The notes below the pieces were generated by a model that saw nothing but the letters and a program-made list of their open reading frames with translations, was not told the DNA's origin and searched no databases. 64,000 bases of DNA from Phyllobates terribilis (Eukaryota): assembly GCF_046119375.1 (NCBI RefSeq), contig NW_027362768.1:23622001-23686000 (forward strand). Direction: 5' to 3'. Within the stretch, counting starts at the first letter, position 1; every line of letters begins with the position of its first letter. Positions 24,801 to 37,079 of this stretch are shown piece after piece. The position numbers and the translations under genes were made by a program.

Positions 24801-26595
24801 GAGGACCCGGACGGGTCTGAAGCCTACCCTCAGGAAGGAGCAGGAGGGCATCGTCACCATTAAGAGGTGAACTGAAACTGTATATAGTTACCCGTAAGGG
24901 TATATGCCATGCTGCTTAATTAAAATGAGTTCCCCGTTGGGACAAGTGTGAACTGTTCCAGTGTGTCCCATTTCCCCACAGGCTGAGGACTGTGAGCAGC
25001 CATCCCTTTTTCCCACTGGCCGAGGACTGAGAGCGGCCATATCCATTGTATATAGTTGCGCTTCTTAAAGCGCCCCCTACTGGTTTTATAGGAAACTGTT
25101 TTTTCTACCAGAGACTGTGGCACTTACCTGGTCACAATTTGCACAAGTGGCCAGAGGTCAAAAATGTTTTACATGAAAAGTTTTATTATGCTGAAAGAGT
25201 TAATATTATTTTATGATGTGTCTGTAACATTTTAAGAGAGAAGTACCTCCCATAAAGGGATGGGTTGAAAGTTATATTTTATATGTAAGTGCACTTTCAA
25301 AAATTTGTATGTTTTTGGATATTTTATTCTTTTACAGCCCGAGGACGTGCTGTGATTTACCAGGGGGGAATGTAGCACCCTGAGGACTCGGCTGCTACAG
25401 GGGTATTGCACCTCGACCCAGAGGTGTGGTATTCCACTCCCGGGTAAGGATGGAGTGTGGAACTGAGCTTAGTAGGCTGCATGCACTACATACATCCCAT
25501 TTCCGGGGGACAGAACAACGGTACTCCCACCAGTATATGTGCAGGTACGACAGCGTCTGTCCCTGGCTGGAGTGGGAGGGGGGTGGAACATCCCAGTAGT
25601 GTAGGGGCAGATAGGGGAGTACTGTGGGTAAAGCTAGGAGCCCATTGGGTGCTGGTCACCTGGGTTCACACATAGAGGGAGTATATAAGGTGGGCACCAT
25701 CTTAGAATAGGGTCTTTGGTCTTTAGTCAGAGAGAGGAGGAGCAGAGCAGAGGAGCTCAGCCAGGAGGGCTGACAGGGAGCTGTGGCTCCGGCTGGGCCC
25801 AGCTCCAGAGCAAAGCCTGCAGTGAAGAGAGAGAGGAGGAAGAAAGGCCCAGAGAAGCAGAGACAGAGGGAACCCTAAGATCCCAGAATCAGACCAGAAA
25901 GGGTGAAGGGTTGGCAGAAGAGGGCACCGGATCCCAAGCTGGCGGAGGCAGAAGTAACCCTTAACCAGGAACCGGAGGTCGTGGGCAAGTTTTGCCACGA
26001 CCCTCACCATATCCACCAGGAAGGCACACCACGAGTAGGGCCAGGGAAGCCAGAGAAGGTTCAACCACTAAGAGGCCCGAGGGAGCTGGACAGAGGTGGA
26101 TCCCTGGTGGGGACGGCCAGGAGAAAGAGAGTGAGAGGGAAGCTCAGGACCACGCTCCGGAACTGCCTGGGGGTTAGCCGAGTCCCGCACCTGGTGGACG
26201 CAGCACGGCTCGGGTGGTCACTCAAGGCCAGAGTGACTAAAACAACATCAGTGAGTAAAAACCCTGAAACTGCATCTCCTGACTCTGCCTCTCCTTCCTG
26301 CATCATCACAACCCCCATCATCCACACCTGCTGCCCTGAGGCCATACCACTCCCGTTGGGGGTTATACCATCACTGCTGCACATATACCACCGGCCTCAG
26401 CGGACTGCTCTGCAGCGGCGGCTTCAAAGCCGCACTCAACGGGTGGCGTAGTCGACACTTAAACAACATCTACAAAGACTGCCACACACTTAGTTTGACA
26501 CCCTGGGCACGGACCGGGTCACCGCCACAAGGACTACTACCCCCATACAGATCCGGCTCCGGGTATCCCTTGACCATGGCCCAGGGGGCGCGTCA
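21801..26595 (+). mobile_element. Non-autonomous LTR retroelement CSD-1 (no gag or pol; single ORF with a cold-shock domain)
   Basis: LTRs 21801-23026 and 25371-26595 differ by about 7 substitutions and one indel. TSD AACG, PBS TGGCGTAGTCGGCAGGAT (23031-23048), PPT CCAGGGGGGAA, 2344-bp interior. Confidence 0.95.
23283..24863 (+). pseudogene. About 526-codon ORF: helical N-domain, Pro/Ala linker, coiled coil, C-terminal cold-shock domain; one in-frame TAG at 24348
   Basis: The same frame after the TAG gives TGTVIKFQLQHGWGFIRDHKTPGDVFVTRRDVESHLPEGHRGRDLYLGDEVTFTRHQCAKGPYALHVHRL (about 24561-24767), with RNP1 GWGFI and RNP2 DVFV. Confidence 0.85.
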
Positions 26596-29500
26596 AACGC
26601 ACATGCACTATCCAGGATGCCTAACTTGCCAAATGGGGGAGAAGACCCAGAAGAACTGGAAGAGATAGAAATCCCCGCTTTCCACCGTCATGGGATAACT
26701 CAGTGCTCCCACTGTGTGAAAGACAGGTACTCTGCCACCAAAGAGGCCACGTTCAATCCCTTGCCCCACCACAGCTGGGCAGAAACACAAGACAGTGACC
26801 CGGCCGTCCACCTAGTCAAAGAGTTGCTGACACGAGCCGACTCATACCCTGACCCAGATGCTCCAGAGGAGACCAAACAGCTGTGGAAAGAGAAGAGTAA
26901 GCTGTTCATCTATGAAGGGAAGCTGTGTCGAAGAACTGTCAACTCCCGGACGCACGAGCTGGTCTGGCAGGTGGTAGTCCCGAGGCGGGACGCGTCTATG
27001 GTCTTGGAAGCGTACCACGATGGAGCAGGACACTTCGGATGGAAAAAGCTGGAAGTCCTGCTGCGTGATCGGTTCTATTGGGTTGGCATGAGAGGAACAG
27101 TCGAGAAGTGGTGTCGAGACTGCGGACCGTGCAACCTGAGAAGGAAAGACCGTGCCAGCCAGAAGGCCCATCATCACCAAGCAGCCACTCGAACTGGTAG
27201 CCCTAGACCATGTGAAGCTATCCCCGAGCAGGTCAGGCTATGTCTACGCTCTCACCATCGCAGACCACTACTCCCGGTTCCTGGTAGTAGTGCCAGTCAA
27301 GGACCAAACGGCTCAGACAGCAGCCAGAGCTTTCCAGCAGCACTTCTGCCGCCCGCATGGTTACCCAGAACGTGTGCTAACTGACCAAGGTCCTGCCTTC
27401 GAGGCAGAAGTATTCCAGGAGTTCTGCAACCTGTACGGCTGCAAGAAGATCAGGACAACGCCTTGTCACCCCCAGACCAACGGGATGTGTGAAAAGATGA
27501 ACCAGGTGGTGACAGACCTACTGAAGACATTGCCCCTGGAGGAACGCAGTCTGTGGCCAGAAAAGTTGCCAGACCTGGTGGACCTCTACAATCATATCCC
27601 AGTGAATTCCACCAACTGCACACCAGCGTACCTGTTGCGAGCGAGACCTGGTAAGCTGCCCATCGACCTGGATATGGGAGTTCTGACACCAGAGAACGCC
27701 TCACCAGATGCGGATTGGGACACTGAGTGGCAACAGCAATACCGTAAGGTACAGGAGAGTGTTGAAAGAAGTCTGTCTCAAGCAAGAGAAAGGCAAGAGA
27801 GGACTTACAATTAACATGCACCAGCTGTTCCCCTGTCACCTGGAGAGAAAGTCCTAAAGAGGAAGAGGCGACTTCACAAGTTGGATGACCAGTGGGAAAA
27901 AGAGCCGTACACCATTTTACCATCAAACCATGATAACACCAAAGTGTGCCTCATAAGTAAAGACGGAGGAGAGACCACAGCAACAGTTTCCAGAGACCAC
28001 CTGAAGAAATGTCCCGAGCAGCTACAGCATGCTGAAGAAGGCCAAGATATCCCTCAACCCGCAGAGGAAGTGGAAGAAATGGTCAGCACAGTACTCGGAG
28101 AATTTCCCCAGTCATGGACACAAGTGAATAATGCCATTGTTGTGCCAGTCCTTACATTTCTCCAACCAGCCCCTCAAGCACCTACAGAAGTCTCAGTAGA
28201 GTTGGAAGAACCATTGGCCCCGGAGACAGAAGATTCCTCACCAGCAGACCAGGAGAATCTACCCTCTGCTAGTAGCGAGCCTGTCGTACCCACGGTAAGC
28301 CAAAGGATCCGTAGGAAGCTGCCCAACCTACCAGTGACACCTCAAAATACCAGTAGTGCAGATCACACAGTGCCCACTACACCAGGGGTAGGGAAAGGGG
28401 ACCAGAGCAGAACACAGACAGACAGCGTGTTACGCAGGTCTACCAGAAGCACCAGAGGTCAAATTCCTGCTCGTTGGAGAATATAAAATGTAATGTATAT
28501 TGCAAATGTTTTATGTGTGTATTAATGTGTTTTCCCAGTTAACCGACAGGTTTCAAAGACTTTCAGGTTATGGACAATGGATAACCAAAAACTTTGTCTG
28601 TAAATAGTTGCACCTGGAAAGTGTCCCTTTGTGCCAGACCACAGAACAAAAACCCGTGGAGGTGGCTGAAGACGTGGTCCAACATCCGGATCATCAATGC
28701 CCTGTAGCCACCCCAGGGCCTCCGTGGAGGGTTTGGGATGGGTCCCTCAAACTACATCTTCGGTGAAATGGACACCTGGTTGCGGATGATACCGTGACCT
28801 ATAATGACTGTAAATATGTTCATGTATTGTATATTGTTACCTGTTATACTTTTGCAAGATATGTTCAGTCCCGGAGTACTGAAATTTACTAGGGGGGAAT
28901 GTGGCACCCCAGGGGGTGTGGTTGCCACAGTGGTAGTAATACCATGTCTGGGAGCAAAACAGGAGTTTCCTGGTCAGGAACACACTACATGCAACACCTC
29001 CTGCTCCAGACCAGAAAAGGGGAGGATCCTGCCCTTTATAACTGGATCTGGAGGCGGGGTTAGCCAGTTCAGTCAGTGTGAGGAGTCATAGAGGACACTA
29101 AGGAGCAAGGAGCTGAGGACTGGAGCTGTGCAGAGCTCGTCCTGGCCAGGGTATACAGAGAACCGGACACCGGAGTCCAAGGCTGTGGGACCCTTCAAGC
29201 CCAGCAGCAGATACCGCAAGACAGGAGATTGCAGGTCTCCTGGCCCCCAGAAGCCCGGAGGCTCAGCCACACGAAAGGACCAGTACCGCCACAGAGGAGC
29301 GAGGAATACACGGGATCCGAGTCGTCAGCCGTACGGGTGAGCAGCACGTTACACTCAGGGACGTGGGCTACAACACGACTATAAGCGAGATAGCCAAAAG
29401 AGTACAGTCAAAATGGCAGGCCTACAACTCCACCTGGCCAGGGTAATTCTAGGATTGCTCCCAGACTGACCAGGCCCTCATCCCTAGCATGTACTCCTGT

Positions 29501-31926
29501 CGGGGCCTATATAATTGTCACCAGTAAAGACCCCAGGACTGCACTGCAAAGACTCCGTGTCATTACTACTGATCCAGGTACTATCACCACCATCATCCTT
29601 ACACGCTGCCCTGAAGCTACACTCTTCCTGTGGGGAGTTACACTACCTTGCTGCGCATATCACCAGCTTCAGCGGACTGCTCCACAGCGGCGGTTACTAA
29701 TAACCGCATTCCACAGGTGGCATAGTCGGACTATACACATAGACTACCCTGGTTTGACCGCCCTGGGTCACGGACCGGGTCGCCGCCACGGTGACTACTA
29801 CCCCCAGCATCTACAAGGCCCGGCTCCGGGTATTCCCCACGGCCCAGGGGGCGCGTCATTTGGTTATACTGATACTTATATACAGTATCTCCTTTTTACC
29901 ATTTTGTTAATATGGATACTTCGACGGCAATACTGTGAATACTGTCTCTTTAAAATTTTGACCATAAGACAGATATCATTACTAAACATTGTGTTATGTT
30001 AATAATCTGTTGTTTTGTTTTTACTTTAGAACTGCGCTTAATACATCCCACTTCACGTTTATCTGTGTCCTGACACTATTTTCTAATAAAGTATGTTTTT
30101 CACTGTTGTATTCTTGCTAATATTCTATGTCATGTCACAATTCCCTTTTTCCACTTCCACAGATGCCTAAAAGTTTCTCCTAGCACTTATGCGGTATTTA
30201 CCGCTCATACTATTGTGGATTGCCGACATCCTTTTAGATACCTCTTCCATCCTGACGCCATGTTCCCATACCAACCAGGATGCATATGAACATCCGTAAA
30301 TCGCTTCTTATTGCACAAACTCCGGTCTCCACCCACAGTGATGTCACTTCACCATGACTACTGCGAAGCCTGCATTGCCCAGTCTTTTCTTTTCCCCACA
30401 CGCCCACAGTGAGTGATGACTTTTCCATGTCTACTGCGATGCTTGCAGGATTGTGACGCGCCCCCTGGGCCGTGGTGTTCTCGGCAGCCGGGCAGGTCCT
30501 GTATTGGGGTAGTCTCAGTGGCAGTGACCCGCTCCATGGCCCAGGGCGGTCAAATAAAGAACAGTCAATTGGGGAAATAAAGTTTTTGGGGATAATGTTC
30601 GTGACGCCACCCATGGTATGCGGCTATATGGGGCCAACGCTGCGGTGCAGATCCACTGGGGCTGATGGTGACGCAGAAGATAGTGCAGCTCTTCACGGGC
30701 AGAGCTAAGCTCCAGGGCAGTTTATGGTGATTTGAAAAGATAGATGACAGTGTAGTGCAGGGCTGAGGGCGCAGGTAATGACCAGACAACACAAGAATGG
30801 CGGTTTCCTCTACCTTTACTTGAGGCTTGACGGTGCACACCGGGACACTGGTAATAGCTGGTGATGGAGATCCGGGCGACCTAGAAGCAATTTGGGGATC
30901 CACCTCGCCAGGTGGAGTTGTAGGCCTTCCCTCTGCGCTATCCTCTTTGGCCCTGCTGCTTAAAGCCCTTTTCAGGTGTCGTTCCTTCGTGGCGGCGCCG
31001 GGCCCTAGTATGCTACTGAGCCGCCGGATGTTTGGTGGGGCCAGGAGACCTGCAGTCTCCTGCCCTACGGATTTAGCTGTCGGGACTTTAGTACCCGAAC
31101 AACCACAGGCTCCGGTGTCCTGTTTCTTCCGCTTTTCTCTGGGGCGAGCTTGGTCACAGCTCCTTTCCCCAGGTTCTCCTCGTCGCTCTTCTGTCTCCAA
31201 CTCCCTTTTCTCACTCCAACTGACTTTTCTAGACCCCGCCTCCAGGCTCCAGTTTAAAGGGGAAGCTCCCCTGAAACTGGGATAGAGCTCCCCCTTCCGG
31301 TCTGGGGCCAGGAAATGTGTTGGATGCTGGTGTTACCTGATAAGGGGACCCCTCCTTGCTTCTAGGCATGGCAACACCCCCTGTGAGGGAGGCAATGCCA
31401 ATGTGGCATCCGGACTCCTGGAGTGCCACATTCCCCCCTAGTTAAATTCAGTACTCCCGGACTGAGGACACCTTTAGAATTAAACAATAACGATATATAT
31501 TCCAAAAAAATTTACAAAGTCTCAAAAAGGCAAAAATTGCAGAACAACAAAAACCAAACCAAAATTGGGAGCAGTCATTGGGCACCTAGTCTTTACGCCA
31601 CTATCCAGAAATTGTCTTTTCCCGGGTACATGAAGGTTGGCTGGTGGGAACCGCCTCAACCCACTTCGTGTATCGTCCCTGGGCGTGGCTTCAGGGCACT
31701 CTGTCGGTGGGCCTGGTTTTCGGCCACGCCTGTGGTTTATTTTCAAGGCCAACAATTAACTTTACTCAACATTGTTCTGACCACACCTAGTCCTGTGGTC
31801 CATTTGTCCATAAATATAATAACTATATACACTCACGATTGCTTAAAAGTTCTTACAGGAAGTCTCTGTAGGCTCTCATGCTTAACGGTTGCAATTATAT
31901 ACTATACACTATTATCTTATTACACC

Positions 31927-34900
31927 TTAGTCCTTATAATGGGCAGGGATCTGAACTCTGGTACTATGGGTTGATCTACGCAGTACATTTATTGCCAATG
32001 ACCTACCTGGGTCTCTAGTGTCTACCGCTGGTGTGGTGGGAGCACTATGGACTACACTACAGTTAGTCTGACGTAACACTGGTAGGCTTGGTAGTCTTCT
32101 ACAACCTCTTTGACTCACCATGGGCATGACAGATTCACTGCTAGCAGGGGGTGGATTCATTTGTTTCTCTTCGGTTGTGGCATCTATTGCTGGGGCCGTC
32201 TGGTCTCTCAGCTGTTCTGGAGTCTCTGCGGCTTCCGGTAAAGCTACTTGGGGAAAGGTCAGGACAAGTACCACGATTGCTTGGTTCACCTGCGTCCAAG
32301 ACCGGGGAAATTCTCCAAGGATGGTTTGAACCATCTCTTCCACCTTTTCTGTGTGCTGGGGGCTGTTTTGTTCTTCCTCTTGGTGTCTCAATTGATCAGT
32401 GCATATCTTCATGTGGTCTCTTGAGTCTGCCGCTGAAGTCACTCCTCCATCTTTACTGATGAGGCATACCTTGGTGTTGTCGAAATTTGAAGGTAAGAAG
32501 ACGGTGTATGGCTCAACCTCCCACTGGTCATCTAATTTGTGAACTCGTCTCTTCCTTTTGAGTACCTGTTCTCCAGGTGATAAGGGAACTGCAAGTGCAT
32601 GCTGATTATAAGTTCTCTCCTGCCTCTGTCTTGCCTGGGACAAACTTCTCTCTACACATTCTTTCACCTTGCGGTATTGTTGCTGCCGCTCTGTATCCCA
32701 ATCTGCACCTGGTGATGTTGTCACAGGTGTTAAAACTCCCATGTCCAAGTCAATGGGTAACTTGCCAGGTCTTGCCCTCATCAGGTAGGCGGGTGTACAG
32801 TTGGTGGAGTTCACTGGGATGTGGTTATATAGGTCTACCAAATCCGGTAACTTCTCCGGCCACAGGCTACACTCTTCAAGGGGTAACGTCTTCAACAGGT
32901 CTATTACCACCTGGTTCATTTTCTCACACAACCCGTTGGTCTGGGGATGATACGGCATCGTCCTTATTTTCTTGCAGCCGTACAAGTTACTGAATTCCTG
33001 AAACACTTCTGCTTCAAAGGCTGGGCCTTGGTCGGTAAGCACTCGTTCAGGGTAACCGTGCGGGTGACAAAAGTGTTGTTGAAACGCTTTGGCTGCCGTC
33101 TTAGCCGTCTGTTCCTTCACTGGCACTACTACCAGGAACAGTGGTCTACTATGGTGAGAGCGTAGACATAGCCTGACCATCTTGGGGCTAGCTTCATGTG
33201 GTCCAAGACTGCCAATTCAAGTGGTTGTTTGGTGATTATGGGCTACAGGGGAGCCCTCTGGCTATCACAGTCTTTCCGTCTCAGGTTGCATGGACCACAT
33301 TCTCGACACTATCTCTCGATTGCTTTCCTCATGCCAACGCAGTTAAATCGCTCACGTAGCAGGACTTCCAACTTCTTCCACCCAAAGTGTCCTTCTCCAT
33401 CGTGGTACGCCTCTAAGATCATTGGCGCATCCTGCTTCGGGACTACCACCTGCCAGACCAGTTCGTGTGTCCAGGAGTTGATGCTTCTCTGACACAGCTT
33501 TCCCTCGTAGCTGAACAGCTTGCCTTTCTCCTTCCACAACTATTGGGTCTCCTGTGGAGCATCTGGACCAGGGTGTGAGTCAGCTTGTGTCAGCAACTCC
33601 TTTACTAGGTGGACAGCCGGGTCGCTATCCTGCGTCTCTGCCCATCCATGGTGGTGCAATGGGTTAAACGTGGCCTCTCTGTTGGCGGAGCGCTTGTTCC
33701 TCACACAGTGGGAGCCCTGGGTCACCCCGTGACAATGGAAAGCCGGTAGCTCCATCTCCTCCAGCTCTTCCAGGGTCTTCTCCCCCATCTGGCAAGTTGG
33801 GCATCCTGGACAGCACATTAGCATTAGCATTTTTATGCCCCGCCCGATACTTGATGGTAAACTCGTAGTTGGACAGCTGGGCCATCCATCTCTGCTCCAG
33901 CGCACCTAGCTTCGCCGTTTCAAGGTGGGTCAGCGGATTATTGTCTGTGAAAATTGTAAACCTTGCTGAAGCCAGGTAGTGTTTGATGTGCTCTGTTACA
34001 GCCCAGACTATGGCTAAAAACTCCAACTTGAAGTAACTATAGTTGTCGGGGTTCCTTTCCGTGGGACGGAGTTTCCTGCTGGCGTAGGCAATCACTCTCT
34101 CTCTACCCTGCTGTACCTGGGATAGCACCACTCCCAATCCCACGTTGCTGGCATCCGTATAGGGTATAAAGGGTTGGCCATAGTCGGGCTAGGCCAGGAC
34201 TTTCTCTCCCGTAAGAGCCACCTTCAGTCGAGTGAAGGATTCTTCTTCTTTTTTACTCCACTTGAACGGAGGATTCGAGTTCTTGGCCTTCTTGGACTGG
34301 CCCACTAAGAGGTCCTGCATGGGTGCCGCTATCTTGGTGAGACCCTTGGATGAATCCCCTGTAGTAGCCTACCAGCCCGAGGAACTGCCGCACTTCTTTG
34401 ATAGTGGAGGGTCTTGGCCAGTCCTTGATCAAGGTGACTTTTTCAGGGTCTGGTGCTACACCTTCGGTGCTTACCGCATGGCCTAGGTACTGCACCTTGG
34501 GTTTCAACAGGTGCCACTTGGACGGCTTTACTTTCAGGCCAAAACCGGATAAGGCCTCAAACACCTCAGCCATGTGCTCCAGGTGGTCTTCATATGTCTT
34601 TGAGTAGATGATTACGTCGTCCAGGTACAGCAGAACGGTTTCAAAGTTTTTGTGTCCTACGCAACACTCCATTAACCGCTGGAATGTTCCCGGGGCATTG
34701 CAGAGCCCGAATGGCATGCAGTTGAACTCGCAGAGGCCCATTGGTGTCGTAAACGTGGTCTTCTCTCTGTCCGCCTCTGCCACGGGAACCTGCCAGTACC
34801 CACTGGTGAGATCTAAAGTGGAGAAATAGTTAGCGGATCTCAGTGCAGCTAATGATTCCACAATTCTGGGTAATGGGTAGGCGTCCTTATGTGTAATGCG

Positions 34901-36139
34901 GTTAATCTGCCTATAATCAACACACATCCTCATTGTACCATCTCTCTTTCTAACGAGGACTAATGGAGCTGCCCAAGGGCTACAACTATCTCTGATCACC
35001 CAAGCCTCCTTCATCTCCCGTAACATTCCCTTGGCACATTGATAGTGAGCTGGAGGTACAGACTGGTACCTCTCTTTAATGGGCGGATGGTCTCCTGTGG
35101 GGATATGATGTTGGACCCCTTTTACCTGCCCAAAGTCTAGTGGGTGTTTGCTAAAGACTCGCTCATATTCTTGGACCACCCGGTACACCCCATGCAAAGG
35201 GGTGGAGTCAGTGCCTACTTGTAGCTTCTGACACCAATCCTCCATCTGACCCTTGGAGCCATTGTCCTCCGTCTGTTCGGACGGAGGCAAGGGTTCCACT
35301 GCCTTTATTGCATTGTTACTGACAGTCAGTGAACAGCTTAGCAAGGGTGGCATATCGCGGTAAATGGACCTCTTTCTCCCCACAATTCAGGATGAGTATC
35401 GGTAATCTCTCCTTGCGGACATTGACTACCCCTCTGGCCGTCAAGATGGTTGGCCTACTATCAGAGTACACGGGTTCTACCAGGGCCTGATAATCTTGAC
35501 CCCTGAGACCTATTGCTGCTCGACACCATATTAACATTTCACTCCTAGGGGGCATTGCAATGGGGAATGGATCACTCACTCTGACACTGCCGACTTCTCC
35601 ACCAGACAGCTCTACCTGTTGTCTCTGCATTAGGGCTTTGATCTCCTTCTGCAGAACTCGCTGCTGACTAGAACTGGCAGTGTCTGCGACCTGTTGCAAC
35701 AAAACAATAATTTCCCCAAGACAATTCTCTATCACATTGGTGTCTAAGGTTATCATAGGATGGCTTTCTCGGCGATCAATATCTACAATAATCAACCCTT
35801 GTGATGGCAATTCTACTCGGCCAACCTTTATGGTCACCTCTTTATACCCCTTTATACACCTCTTTATACATGAGGCCAGGGCTGACCATTGCTGGCATAG
35901 ATGTTAAAGTGTTCACCTGGACTGCGGGTAATGTCTGAATCAGCCCAGTATCGTTTAAAAAGGATATATGGCATCGTTGTCACCTGGGAACCAGTGTCCA
36001 GTAACGCGTTCATCGGGATGCCATCAAGCACGACAGGTAGGACCAGTCGTCCTCGCATATACTTGTCTCGCAAACTTTGTGGGCCTGGTCATCTTACTCC
36101 TGGGGGTTGACCCTCTGCCCCAGGGGTTGTTTGTTTAAA
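31927..36139 (-). pseudogene. pol: Element E pol, with multiple frameshifts
   Basis: [33 protein letters not shown] and GLCEKMN. Confidence 0.92.
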
Positions 36140-37079
36140 TCGCAGAATATTGCGAGGTGCCCCGCCTTTTGACAGCGGCGGCAGATGGGTTGTCCGTTCT
36201 GGTCGTAGCGATCGCTGTCTCTCCCTCTGGTCAGTGGAATTCTTCTCTGCTGTCGCCCCGGGACGTCATCTGGACTGGAAGCCAGCTGGATTCTTTCCTT
36301 TGGAGACACTTGCATGGCCTGCATGGTTTTGGTTAGTGTAGCCACACTTTTGGTCAGCTCCTGGACCTGAAGGCGTAGGTCTGCAGAGGGGTCATTATCT
36401 AGGGTCTGCGCGTGAGCCTCCACAGGTGCCGGGGAGAAGGACGCCACCCCCTGGTGGTATGTGATAGCTGGGCACCGGAGGAATGCAGTGCCACTTAGGG
36501 TTGATTCTCGCAGCACCCGGATGGCCCGGTCTTTAAATTGCGCAAAGTCCAGATCAGGGTTTGGCAGAGCCATAATGCGCAGCTGTGTCCGGTGAGCGTT
36601 AGACAGGAGCCCCTCGATAAACTGTTCGGTTAGCAATTTGTCCTCGTCTCGCACACTGTCGGTGTCTACCTGTTTAATGGCCCGCAGTACCTCCTGCAGG
36701 TTTTGAGCATAGTCTCGTACACTGCCTTTTGTTTGCAGCCATAAAACTTCATTTTAATCTCCGCTGCCGTGCGTGTGTCAAAGGTATCCTTTAACCTGGC
36801 CAGTATTTGCTTAACAGTGCTTTTGTCCCTGCCCGGCAAGGACTTCACCTCCCTCTGGGCTACACCGATTAGCTGGCCTATAAGGATGCTGACTTTTTGC
36901 TCCTCAGACAGGGGGTACACTTGGAACAAACTTCGCAGTCTCTCCTCAAATTCGCTCAGGGTGTGCGACTCCTCTGAGTACTGGGGCAACCACGCCGCCC
37001 CTGGAATATACGGCATGGATAAAGGCATTACAGTGGCGGCGGTCGCGCCCGCAGCTGGATCCTCTCCCAGGTTGGGCAT
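36094..37079 (-). pseudogene. gag: Element E gag, frameshifted
   Basis: MPYIPGAAWLPQYSEESHTL..., LLTEQFIEGLL and CRRCQKAGH, homologous to element B Gag. Confidence 0.88.

Larger units (their letters stand above)
19496..28486 (+). pseudogene. pol: Element B pol (PR-RT-RH-IN) with stops and frameshifts, interrupted at 21801-26599
   Basis: [37 protein letters not shown]...CRDCGPC, LELVALDH, TDQGPAFE and GMCEKMN. Confidence 0.93.
17232..29858 (+). mobile_element. Full-length Ty3/Gypsy element B (decayed pol) containing the nested CSD element
   Basis: 959-bp LTRs at 17232-18190 and 28900-29858 (about 35 differences by eye), TSD TTTG, PBS, PPT ACTAGGGGGGAA (28888-28899), and order gag-PR-RT-RH-IN. 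Confidence 0.96.

Noticed and set aside
27881-28486. Possible env or chromodomain after integrase
   Set aside because: It is the low-complexity integrase C-terminal tail ending in LRRSTR. No signal peptide, transmembrane segment or chromodomain motif is present.
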